Below are positions 42,904 through 51,419 of a stretch of DNA of 57,776 nt, piece after piece. The notes beneath the pieces were generated by a model that did not search any database, was not told where the DNA came from, and saw nothing but the letters and a program-made list of their open reading frames with translations. The stretch is from contig JBBSVZ010000005.1 of assembly GCA_038046545.1 (NCBI GenBank), positions 1-57,776 of the forward strand, in the 5' to 3' direction. The stretch is from Nanobdellota archaeon (lineage in GTDB: Archaea > Nanobdellota > Nanobdellia > Woesearchaeales > JBBSVZ01). The number at the start of each line of letters is the position of its first letter. Positions within the stretch are counted from its first letter, which is position 1. A program made the position numbers and the translations under genes.

Positions 42904-43527
42904 GTGAAATATTCGGTTTATGCGGGGGCAAAGATTATGAAAAAAACACTTATTTACCTGTTTTTATTTGCGATATCAATAGCGACTGCATTTGCGGGTT
43001 CTGGGAATCCTCTCGGGCAAGATATCTATATGGCTGCTCCGACTGATTACACGCCGGCACCTGGAGAATACCTACTGGGAGAAACTGTGACTCAATGTGT
43101 CGTGTTCACAAATAATGGGAACGTTTCCCATAATGTCAATCCTATGCTTTGGGCTGCGAGAATTTTAGAGACTGCTTGCGGAGAAGACGTTACTGACTCT
43201 GAACCAGATTTTTCGGAAGCTGAACTTGATGCTTTCCATCAGACAAGCTGCGATGTCCAGCAGTTCTTAGGAATACTCGACAGTCACCCTTACAGCTCTT
43301 TGGGTCCAGGCGAAAGCAAGAAATTCTGCTTCAGCTGGGTTCCTGCGGCAGCGGGGTACTATCAGTGTGACATAACTGGAAACGTCGATGGCCAAGGCTA
43401 CGACAGCTATGCTTGGTGTTTTATACGCGTAAGCAAAGAAGAAATTCCTGAGTTCACAGGAATTGCAGCTGGAATAGCAACAGCAGGCGCTGGCGCAGCA
43501 TTCTTGTTATTGAGAAGAAGGAAGTAA
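42904..43527 (+). CDS. Secreted protein with a PEF-CTERM-type sorting signal; likely start is ATG 42937
   Basis: Signal peptide MKKTLIYLFLFAISIATAFA. The C-terminus EEIPEFTGIAAGIATAGAGAAFLLLRRRK has a PEF motif, a TM helix and a basic cluster. Confidence 0.65.
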   Translation: MKYSVYAGAKIMKKTLIYLFLFAISIATAFAGSGNPLGQDIYMAAPTDYTPAPGEYLLGETVTQCVVFTNNGNVSHNVNPMLWAARILETACGEDVTDSEPDFSEAELDAFHQTSCDVQQFLGILDSHPYSSLGPGESKKFCFSWVPAAAGYYQCDITGNVDGQGYDSYAWCFIRVSKEEIPEFTGIAAGIATAGAGAAFLLLRRRK

Positions 43528-43531
43528 TTCC

Positions 43532-43550
43532 TTTTTTTTTATTTTTTTTT
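43532..43550 (+). terminator. Two T9 runs directly after the PEF-CTERM gene
   Basis: TTTTTTTTTATTTTTTTTT read directly from the sequence. Confidence 0.5.
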
Positions 43551-43573
43551 AATTAATTTATTCTAGTATCGAA

Positions 43574-44905
43574 CTAATTTGGTGCCCCTAGAAAATACAG
43601 TGGATTATTTGCAAAGACAATGTTTTTTCCTTTAATAGCATCTTTTTGGTGGTTAACAGCCCAGTTGTATTGCTGCAATCCAGTTTCGGGGTCTGCAAGT
43701 TCTCCTCCAAATAATGTCATTATCGTTTTTATGCCTTCGGGTTCAGGTTTTTTTGGAATTCCATTTGTAGCGATCATGGCAAAATAGATGTCTGCTGGAT
43801 TTGCATCTGGCAATTTAACTTTCTTCAATTGATCGTTTAGATCTGTCTTGTTGCCGAGTTTAGCAAGATGGTCGAGATGAGCATCCCACTCATTTACCGG
43901 TTTTTTTGGCCCTCGTTTCCAGTCAACATTAATTCCATATACTTCTGCAGCGTGGAGCATCTGATTGACTGCAGCATTCGTCACTTTTTTTCCGCGATAG
44001 CCATCGTCACGCAGCTGTTTATCCAAAACGTCAACTATTTCTCTGCTGGTCAGCCTTCTTATTCTGCTTTTATCATTATCGAAATGAGGCGTGTGGTAAA
44101 GATCAACTACTTGCCCTAAGAATTCTTTTAAGGCGGGCTGAAGGGGATTTCCCTGTGTAGAGGTCCTATAAAGAACAGATGCCAATGTGTTGTATGAAGC
44201 AGCATGTTTTCCGTCACTGTACCTCTCATCGAGCATATTTACCAAGCTTTGAATTTTTCCATCACCATTAAATCGGTATCTGGCAAGACTTTCAAGCGCC
44301 TTTTCAAGATTATTTTTCGTAACTCCCAGAGAACGGCCGCCAGTTTCTTTATTTGACTGCATTTTGGTAACAATTCTTCGGAAAATACCTGGGTGTTCCT
44401 GCTCATAAAGAATTTTGTCGACCTCGGGATTAATCCTGCCATACATTGAATTTTGATACTCCGAGGTTTGGACGTGAGTTACATTAGGCTGGGATTGCGC
44501 CGCTTCTTCTGCAAGGCTTTTTTGTGGCAAATAATGATTGTTTTTTTCAAAAATGGACATTCCACTTATGTCATTTGGAGATGAAACAAAAATTACTTGT
44601 TTTCTTGGATATTGCTGAGACATTAGACTCTCCATTATGTCAGTTACGCTTTTCTCCAGCCCTTTGAGAGGGATGTAAACCTGAACTTCGGGCTCAGTTC
44701 CCCCCTGAGCGCTTTGGACGAATTGCTGATAATTTTCTGGAGAAAAAATATTATCGTTAGCTATATTCTCAAAGCCTAAGAGTTTTTTAATTCCATAAAA
44801 TGCCTTTACTGCATACTCGCCTGTATTGCGAACTGGTTTTAAGATGCCCCCTGGTACTGGTTGCTCGAATCCAACGCCAGCTTGATTAGCTATCTGCTCA
44901 AGCAT
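43574..44905 (-). CDS. Truncated, catalytically degenerate paralogue of the GT2 N-terminal half (possibly a pseudogene)
   Basis: Collinear with aa 1 to about 440 of 40659-42803 (GRINPEV, ASYNTLAS, RRLT, QMLHAAE). It reads FGGEL where the paralogue has LDAED, and it ends before the TED and QxxRW motifs and the TM helices. Confidence 0.6.
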   Translation of the reverse strand: MLEQIANQAGVGFEQPVPGGILKPVRNTGEYAVKAFYGIKKLLGFENIANDNIFSPENYQQFVQSAQGGTEPEVQVYIPLKGLEKSVTDIMESLMSQQYPRKQVIFVSSPNDISGMSIFEKNNHYLPQKSLAEEAAQSQPNVTHVQTSEYQNSMYGRINPEVDKILYEQEHPGIFRRIVTKMQSNKETGGRSLGVTKNNLEKALESLARYRFNGDGKIQSLVNMLDERYSDGKHAASYNTLASVLYRTSTQGNPLQPALKEFLGQVVDLYHTPHFDNDKSRIRRLTSREIVDVLDKQLRDDGYRGKKVTNAAVNQMLHAAEVYGINVDWKRGPKKPVNEWDAHLDHLAKLGNKTDLNDQLKKVKLPDANPADIYFAMIATNGIPKKPEPEGIKTIMTLFGGELADPETGLQQYNWAVNHQKDAIKGKNIVFANNPLYFLGAPN

Positions 44906-44966
44906 ATGTGCTGGGAATCCTGAGAAGCTTATAAATTTAGCTTATAGGGTATAAATACTATTTGGC

Positions 44967-45677
44967 CTATCCAACATAACTCAGCGCTTTCTTGTCCCTC
45001 TGGTCTTCAGCCATCTTGCTGTCCTGCATTATCTTCTTTAGTTTAGTTTCAAATTTCTCGGCCATTTCTAGCAGTGGCTTAAAATCGATTTTAAGATTAA
45101 GATATCCATCAAGCGCCTCTACGATTTTAGCGGCTGCCTTGCTGTCAGGTAGGTTTGTGTGAGTTTCTGCGAAAATGCAGGTAACTGGCAGGGTGTCGGC
45201 TTGCATTAAAATTGCGCTGGTAACGCCCATGATTATGCCTTCGCTAAGCTTTTCTATCTTTGAATCCTTGAACTTCTTTTCGTTTTCCTTGTTGGTTGTG
45301 AAATAAAGCGAGCGCGATTCCTCATTCTCTCCTTGTGTGCCAACACCCTCAAGGCTTATTATCTCTATTGCGTTAAGCCGCTTTGAAAGCTCAAGGATAG
45401 CATCTGCGACCTTCCATTCAGTGCCGGGCTGACCGAAAATTGAGTGGACTATAACGAGATTGTAGTCTTTGTTGTGGTAAATGGCAAGTGGCTCAACAAT
45501 CTGGCCTTCATGAATAGCGAGAACAGCAGGCATCTTGTCAATTATTACCCGTCCGATATGCTGTGTATCAAGGTGCTCAATTAGGAATTCGGTTGCAATG
45601 GTTCCTACCATGCCAAAGCCTGGGAAGCCACTAACGATGGTAACGTTCTGAGGTTCGCTCTTAAGTTTGATGTCCAT
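44967..45677 (-). CDS. PAC2-family proteasome assembly chaperone-like protein
   Basis: N-terminal GFPGFGMVGTIATEFL motif; about 236 aa. Confidence 0.7.
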   Translation of the reverse strand: MDIKLKSEPQNVTIVSGFPGFGMVGTIATEFLIEHLDTQHIGRVIIDKMPAVLAIHEGQIVEPLAIYHNKDYNLVIVHSIFGQPGTEWKVADAILELSKRLNAIEIISLEGVGTQGENEESRSLYFTTNKENEKKFKDSKIEKLSEGIIMGVTSAILMQADTLPVTCIFAETHTNLPDSKAAAKIVEALDGYLNLKIDFKPLLEMAEKFETKLKKIMQDSKMAEDQRDKKALSYVG

Positions 45678-45756
45678 GCGCTAAAAAGTGAAAACGAGGT
45701 TTAAAAAGTTTGTTAACTTGGGGATTAGTCTTGAAAAAGGTACAACCAATTATTTT

Positions 45757-45866
45757 CCGCTCCAGGCCGCGGAGGCCATGTCTCGTATCATTTCGCTTTA
45801 GAGTCGTTTCACGACAAGAAAGCGCAGGAAGCGAATAAGCCCGCGCGGCGATTGAGCGCTTATTTT
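45757..45866 (+). repeat. Copy D (full length) of the GC-rich intergenic element
   Basis: CCGCTCCAGGCCGCGGAGGCC ... GTCGT-TTC-ACGAC ... AAGCCCGCGCGGCGATTGAGCGCTTATTTT. Confidence 0.6.
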
Positions 45867-45903
45867 GAGGAAATTTACATTACGCGAACCTGAGGCATTT
45901 CAA

Positions 45904-46479
45904 TCAATTGGATTTAACTTTTTGATTTGCATTAACTAGCGCTTCAAGAAGCCTTGCCTTAAGTTGGATATCATCGGGAGTATCGGGGTAAGAATTCATT
46001 TTCTCATTTACGCCATCTTCAATGTCAATCTGCATTTGCTGTGTGTCTGTATTTGTCAAAACTATCCACCATGGGAATTTCACTTTTATCCTTCCGTTTT
46101 TCTTTGCTTGTATCGAAGTCTCAATAGAATAAGCCAAAGGGATTAATGCGAAAAGCTTTGATTTGTATGTATATTTGGTTATGACTTTGTCATCACTTGC
46201 TTGCGCGTCCTTCAATTTTGAGTCAGCAAGCTTTTTATTAATTATCCACTCTGCCAGATCTTGTTTTGTTGAAACTTCCGTTTTCTTAAAGTCTGTTCCA
46301 GAACTTATTTCTAAAGGCTCTTGAGGCGCAGGAAATGTCTTGTTTTTTGTTTCTATTGCTAGCCTTTGGCTTTCTTCAACAGATGTTGGCTGAGTTGTTT
46401 GAGTGGGCACAAATATGTCTTCAGCTGCAAATACTGATGCAATCAGCAACACCGCTAAACACCAAATAAGCAATTTCAC
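45904..46479 (-). CDS. Secreted hypothetical protein (191 aa)
   Basis: N-terminal signal peptide MKLLIWCLAVLLIASVFA. Confidence 0.55.
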   Translation of the reverse strand: MKLLIWCLAVLLIASVFAAEDIFVPTQTTQPTSVEESQRLAIETKNKTFPAPQEPLEISSGTDFKKTEVSTKQDLAEWIINKKLADSKLKDAQASDDKVITKYTYKSKLFALIPLAYSIETSIQAKKNGRIKVKFPWWIVLTNTDTQQMQIDIEDGVNEKMNSYPDTPDDIQLKARLLEALVNANQKVKSN

Positions 46480-46511
46480 AAGTAAATCAATAGAATGCGA
46501 ACTAATAAACT

Positions 46512-47174
46512 TTACTTTTTATGCAAGTTCTTCAGCCAAAGGTGAGCTTCATCCTTAAGGGCAAGACCGCCACCTATGCCGACTGCTAGAGCGCCTGCTA
46601 ATGCAACACCGCCTACGATAATGAGAACTATGTTGGATGCGAGCTGAATCTCTACCTGCATTTGTTCAAGCGCAATAAGGCCTACTACTATTACCAAGGC
46701 AATCCTGACTCCCTCTCCGAGCAAGCGGAGGCTTTTTGATTTTGCAAGCAAGAAATGCCTGTGCACGAACTCAGCGAAAATGAGTCCTAAGGCAAAAATC
46801 AGTATTCCAGCTAGGAAACTTGGCAGCCAAAAGGCGAATTGCTCAATCATGAATGCAAGGCTTGGACTTGGAATAAGTGTGACCGCTGCAGAAATGAACA
46901 ATGAAACAACATACCACTTTAACAGAATACCGAGCAAGTCGTAGAACTTTATGAAGCCAAGCGCATCATGAAGATGAACTCTTTCAATGTGCTGGTCAAC
47001 TTTTGAATGTTCAATGAGCTTTGAGAGTAGCCAGCCAAGAGCGGTTCCAACGAGGTAACCAACTATGACTACGAGCGCTGCTGCGACTATTCCAAGGAAG
47101 TTTTCAAGGATTACCTGCCACATCGAAAAAAGAGGATATGTCAACGCGTTAATGAATTCTTCAGGCGTTACCAT
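46512..47174 (-). CDS. Multi-pass membrane protein (hypothetical)
   Basis: About 5-6 hydrophobic helices. No catalytic motif recognised. Confidence 0.55.
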   Translation of the reverse strand: MVTPEEFINALTYPLFSMWQVILENFLGIVAAALVVIVGYLVGTALGWLLSKLIEHSKVDQHIERVHLHDALGFIKFYDLLGILLKWYVVSLFISAAVTLIPSPSLAFMIEQFAFWLPSFLAGILIFALGLIFAEFVHRHFLLAKSKSLRLLGEGVRIALVIVVGLIALEQMQVEIQLASNIVLIIVGGVALAGALAVGIGGGLALKDEAHLWLKNLHKK

Positions 47175-47242
47175 TGAGAATAACCAATTTCAATCATCAT
47201 AAAAAGATTTCTTACCATTGAAAAAGGGTGAACATCATTTTA

Positions 47243-48244
47243 TTATGCAGATGTTGGGCCATAACCTGAGTTTTTTAATGCGTCAAGTAGTCTTCCTGTG
47301 TTTTGGGCCTCAAGTTCGGAGGCAAATATATCTAGCCCCATGTTTCTAAATGCCAAAATCAGGTTATCATGCGTAAGCCCCTTGTCAAGAACTGAAAATT
47401 CTGGGTAAACCTGGCGATTAAATTTTTCCACCATCTCATGTCGTGAAGAGGCGACATGTCCAATTGTGCTCTTGATGCATGCTTGCATATCCGTTTTTAT
47501 CTGTTTTCGTACATCTGAATTTATGAGCGCGTTCAAAGAATCAGCATATCTTGCTGCGATTCGTCCGCCTTCTAATTCAAGAATAGATGCACTGTAATCA
47601 AATAGGGAGAGTTCAGGGCTTCCTCTTAATTCTTGTATGCCTTCGTCATAGGATGAGATTAACTCGTCTATTGATATGTCAGCCATAGTTGTAACATAGG
47701 ATGCGACACAAAAAGATGATGCTGCCATAGTGGCAATAGATGGCATAATTCCTTGCTCGACTTCATAGGTTCCCCACAAGGCTTGCACGCAAATGCTATC
47801 AAGTATAAGGTAATCGTCGTCATTTCTCACGATTTCTGCAAACGGTCTGAAAAAAATCAGGTCTTTGCCATAAGAATCAAAGTGTTTGATTGTTTCTTCT
47901 CCGAGGGACAGCCAGTTCATCAAACGGGGAATGGAATATTCTCGAAATTCTTCTAAGGCTGCATCGCTGAAAGTCAGGTCATAATCTCTAAACCTATCAT
48001 TTCCTCGTTCCTTCGCAGAGGTTCTGAGCTGTTCAGCCAATAATACGTGGCCTACTCTTAAACGGTTAGCGTAGAGAAATGCTACCTTTTGGCTTGCTCC
48101 ATAAAACTCGTCTATAACTTGATATGTTGGTAATCTTTGAATCTTTATGCCCTGATCATCAAAGAACAAACGCGCTTCTTCCATCGATTCTTTAATAAGC
48201 TCTTCAATTGATGGTGCTGTTGGTTTGGGCGTCATAATCTTCAA
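47243..48244 (-). CDS. Hypothetical protein (333 aa)
   Basis: Long ORF with no competitor. No motif recognised. Confidence 0.55.
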   Translation of the reverse strand: MKIMTPKPTAPSIEELIKESMEEARLFFDDQGIKIQRLPTYQVIDEFYGASQKVAFLYANRLRVGHVLLAEQLRTSAKERGNDRFRDYDLTFSDAALEEFREYSIPRLMNWLSLGEETIKHFDSYGKDLIFFRPFAEIVRNDDDYLILDSICVQALWGTYEVEQGIMPSIATMAASSFCVASYVTTMADISIDELISSYDEGIQELRGSPELSLFDYSASILELEGGRIAARYADSLNALINSDVRKQIKTDMQACIKSTIGHVASSRHEMVEKFNRQVYPEFSVLDKGLTHDNLILAFRNMGLDIFASELEAQNTGRLLDALKNSGYGPTSA

Positions 48245-48264
48245 TTAGTTAAATAGGATATAAC

Positions 48265-50187
48265 TCATTCAGCCAAAATCTTCTTCAAAACGTCTTGCTT
48301 GCCCTTCCAGTCAAGTGCTTCTGCCAGGACTTCACTGATTCGTTCAACAGGGATTATCTGTATCTTGCTGAGCATGACCGGGTCTAAGATTATGTCGTTA
48401 AGGTTTGTTTTCGGTACAATGACTTTCTTTATGCCTGCCTCAATGGCTGCTTCTATCTTCGATGATATCCCGCCGATTGGCAGTACTTCCCCTCTAACGG
48501 ATAGTGAGCCAGTCATGGCGTATTCCTGCTTTATTGGCACTTTCTTAAGTGCAGAAATAATCGCTGTTGCAACGGCAATGCTCGCTGAGTCGCCTTCAAC
48601 ACCCTCATGAGTTTGCAGGAATTGCACGTAAATGTCATACTTCTTCTTGATGTCATCTCCAAAATAACTCTTGATAATCGCTGATACGTTTTTAACTGCC
48701 TCTTTGGCGATTTCACCGAGCTTTCCGGTAGCTATTATCTCCTTGTACTCCCCTCCTGGTGTAACTTCTGCTTCTATAGGCAAAATAATTCCGGAGTAGG
48801 ATGAGCCTCCGCCGATAACTGCGAGACCATTGACTCTTCCTATCTTTCTACCTTCTGTGATTATTATTTCGTACTGCTTCTTCTGCTCAATGTACCTGTC
48901 AGCTATTTGCTGCTCTAGTGTTTTGGCGATGTGAAGAGCCGCAGCAACATGCTTCTTTTCAGCAATGGCTGCATCTTGTTCCTTAGCGATATCTCCTGCC
49001 GCCCTGACAAGGCCTCCCAGTTCTCTTAGCCTTAATGTCAAGTGGCCTTTTCTATTAGCCATCTTTCGTGCGATGAATATGATCTCATCAACGGCTTCTT
49101 TTGAGAATGCCGGTATTTTTTTGTCCTTGGCAATCTCCTGCGCGACGAAAATGGATATCCTGTCCCTGTTTTCTGGAGTGTCAAGCATAGTCTCCTTCAT
49201 GTAAACTTCGTAACCATAACCTCTGATTCTTGACCTTAAAGCTGGGTGGAGATGCTTAATCGTTTCAACGTTACCTGCCGCAACCAGAACAAAGTTGCAT
49301 GGAACTGGCTCAGTCCTGACCATCGCTCCAGCGCTCCTTTCACTCTGTCCCGTAATGGCAAATTTGCCTTCCTGTAATGATGTTAGCAATTCTTGCTGAG
49401 TGTGCGGTTGTAAGGTTGCTATTTCATCAACAAAAAGAACGCCATTATTTGCTTTGTGGATCATTCCCGCAACTACCCTTTCATGCGCTGGCGTGCCAAG
49501 GCCGCCTGATTGGAAGGGGTCGTGAAGGACATCTCCAAGCAAAGCTCCAGCGTGGGATCCTGTTGCATCAAAGAACGGAGCCTGTTTCTTGCCGAAATTA
49601 TCAACAATCACTTTCGGTGTTCTTGCTCTCACATCAGCTTTCCTATTAAGATTAAGGAAGAGCCCAAGGCCTGCGAGCATTATTGCTCCTCCGAGGAAGA
49701 AGCCAACAAACATAAGACCGCCAAGAAGCGGCAGTGTAGTTAGGCTTTCTTTTGGAAATTGAGGAAATGTCTCGGGGTTGGAATAGTGGTTGAAAGCCCA
49801 CATGGGAAGAAAGACAGCTGCCAAAATAGCAACGACAATGAAGAAAATGTTCTGGAATCTGAAGACTTTGCCTGATTCAAGCCGAGTGCGCATTATCAGG
49901 TCGCGCCCCTTTCCAGCAGGCACGGTTCTAATTAGTGGTGCGTTCTCATCATTTGGATTAGGGAAAGAAACTATGTCAACAAGCTTTTCCTTAGGAAGAA
50001 GCTCTGCAAGTGCAAGCCCAAGCATTGATTTGCCTGTTCCTGGCTCGCCAATCAAAAGGACATGCCTTCTTTGCTGGGCAGCTTTTTTTATTATATTAAC
50101 GGCGCTGTCCTGGCCAATAACTTGGTCAACTATGCCTTTGGAAACAGAAATATCTGCAGTTGTCTTGAACTTAAGCCTCTCAACCAT
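48265..50187 (-). CDS. lonB: Archaeal membrane-bound Lon protease (LonB)
   Basis: Walker A GEPGTGKS and Walker B LFVDEI. Two TM helices are inserted in the AAA+ module. Protease serine context [16 protein letters not shown]. Confidence 0.9.
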   Translation of the reverse strand: MVERLKFKTTADISVSKGIVDQVIGQDSAVNIIKKAAQQRRHVLLIGEPGTGKSMLGLALAELLPKEKLVDIVSFPNPNDENAPLIRTVPAGKGRDLIMRTRLESGKVFRFQNIFFIVVAILAAVFLPMWAFNHYSNPETFPQFPKESLTTLPLLGGLMFVGFFLGGAIMLAGLGLFLNLNRKADVRARTPKVIVDNFGKKQAPFFDATGSHAGALLGDVLHDPFQSGGLGTPAHERVVAGMIHKANNGVLFVDEIATLQPHTQQELLTSLQEGKFAITGQSERSAGAMVRTEPVPCNFVLVAAGNVETIKHLHPALRSRIRGYGYEVYMKETMLDTPENRDRISIFVAQEIAKDKKIPAFSKEAVDEIIFIARKMANRKGHLTLRLRELGGLVRAAGDIAKEQDAAIAEKKHVAAALHIAKTLEQQIADRYIEQKKQYEIIITEGRKIGRVNGLAVIGGGSSYSGIILPIEAEVTPGGEYKEIIATGKLGEIAKEAVKNVSAIIKSYFGDDIKKKYDIYVQFLQTHEGVEGDSASIAVATAIISALKKVPIKQEYAMTGSLSVRGEVLPIGGISSKIEAAIEAGIKKVIVPKTNLNDIILDPVMLSKIQIIPVERISEVLAEALDWKGKQDVLKKILAE

Positions 50188-50207
50188 TTGCCTCAGGATT
50201 GAAGGGG

Positions 50208-50217
50208 TATTTAAATG
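50208..50217 (-). promoter_or_regulatory. TATA box (reads CATTTAAATA on the minus strand) for lonB
   Basis: Lies 21-30 nt upstream of the ATG at 50187, inside a 32-nt intergenic gap. Confidence 0.4.
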
Positions 50218-50219
50218 CT

Positions 50220-50591
50220 TTATGTTGTACAGAAAGTTCCAACAATCGCCTCGGCACCAAGAGGCACTTTGACTCGAATTACGACTTGGATTTCCTGACC
50301 CGGCTGCAGAAGCCCTGCGTTTTCTTTTATTGATTTGAGTAGGATACCGTTCTTTGTCACATTAATGACACCTTGACAGAATTTTGCATTTTCACCTGTA
50401 TTCATGACAGAAATTCTGTATTCCTTGACGCCCTCGGCAAGGTTAGCATGCAAAAGACCAGTAACTTGGACGTCATTAAAAGTCAAAGGAGCCCTAAAGA
50501 CAGCAATACTTGAAAGAATCAATATCCCCAAAACTGCTAAACCAAGAACACCTAAAGAATCTCTCATCTTTCTTTCATTAGTTCTAAGCAT
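50220..50591 (-). CDS. Signal-anchored hypothetical protein (123 aa)
   Basis: N-terminal [22 protein letters not shown] followed by a beta-rich region. Confidence 0.5.
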   Translation of the reverse strand: MLRTNERKMRDSLGVLGLAVLGILILSSIAVFRAPLTFNDVQVTGLLHANLAEGVKEYRISVMNTGENAKFCQGVINVTKNGILLKSIKENAGLLQPGQEIQVVIRVKVPLGAEAIVGTFCTT

Positions 50592-50621
50592 ATTTATATA
50601 TTTCGGAAGGAAGCATCAGAT

Positions 50622-51419
50622 ATGCGATTAATTATTTTGATTGTGGTTCTTTCAGCAATGTGTGGGGTAAGCGTTTCAGCAGCGCAGGAGAGACCACTTA
50701 TTCTTGTTCACGGTTTCCTTACTTTAGCATTAGGCCCAAATGCTTGCATTGCTCTTGCGAACGAAACTAAATTAGGGTCAATGTTTGAGCTGCAGTCAAG
50801 CTTTGTCCAAGATGGTCTTTACTCCCAAGGCTGGATTCTCAATGAAGACACAATTAGCTGCCCTCCTGTTGACAGCAAGCCAACTGTTGTCCGATTCACA
50901 TTCTATTCTGGATGCTATGAAGAAAAGAATGCATTTGAAACATACACAAACAGATTTGAGAAAACAATCAAGCACTTAAAAGAATGCACTGGTGCAAATA
51001 AGGTGGATATTGTTGCGCATAGTTTTGGGGGTTTGGTAGTAAGAAACTATATCAGAACAAGAAACAGCAGTGATATCGAAAAAATCGTATTCCTCACAAC
51101 TCCTCAGGCAGGTATAGGGGTTTTTCCAATCGCATTGGTAATGCCGTCTTGTTTATTGAACTGGATTCCTTTCTGCCCTTCAGAGGTTTTAGAAGCTAGA
51201 AGAACTTCTGATTTCATGAAAAAACTTAATAATCAGGAAAAACTCAAACAAACAATTTATACGATAAAAAGCTCCTTTGAATTCTTCTTTCCAAAAAGCA
51301 GTCCTGATGCTATAAACTCAAAAGAATCTGCATCTGTTAGCTGCTACCATGACGATATTTTCAGGCCGCATTCATGCCCTGAAGGATATGAGAAAATTAA
51401 GGAGTATTTAGAGGATTAA
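50622..51419 (+). CDS. Secreted PGAP1/lipase-like alpha/beta hydrolase
   Basis: Signal peptide, then PLILVHGF, VAHSFGGLVVRNY (nucleophile elbow) and VFLTTPQAG. Confidence 0.7.
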   Translation: MRLIILIVVLSAMCGVSVSAAQERPLILVHGFLTLALGPNACIALANETKLGSMFELQSSFVQDGLYSQGWILNEDTISCPPVDSKPTVVRFTFYSGCYEEKNAFETYTNRFEKTIKHLKECTGANKVDIVAHSFGGLVVRNYIRTRNSSDIEKIVFLTTPQAGIGVFPIALVMPSCLLNWIPFCPSEVLEARRTSDFMKKLNNQEKLKQTIYTIKSSFEFFFPKSSPDAINSKESASVSCYHDDIFRPHSCPEGYEKIKEYLED

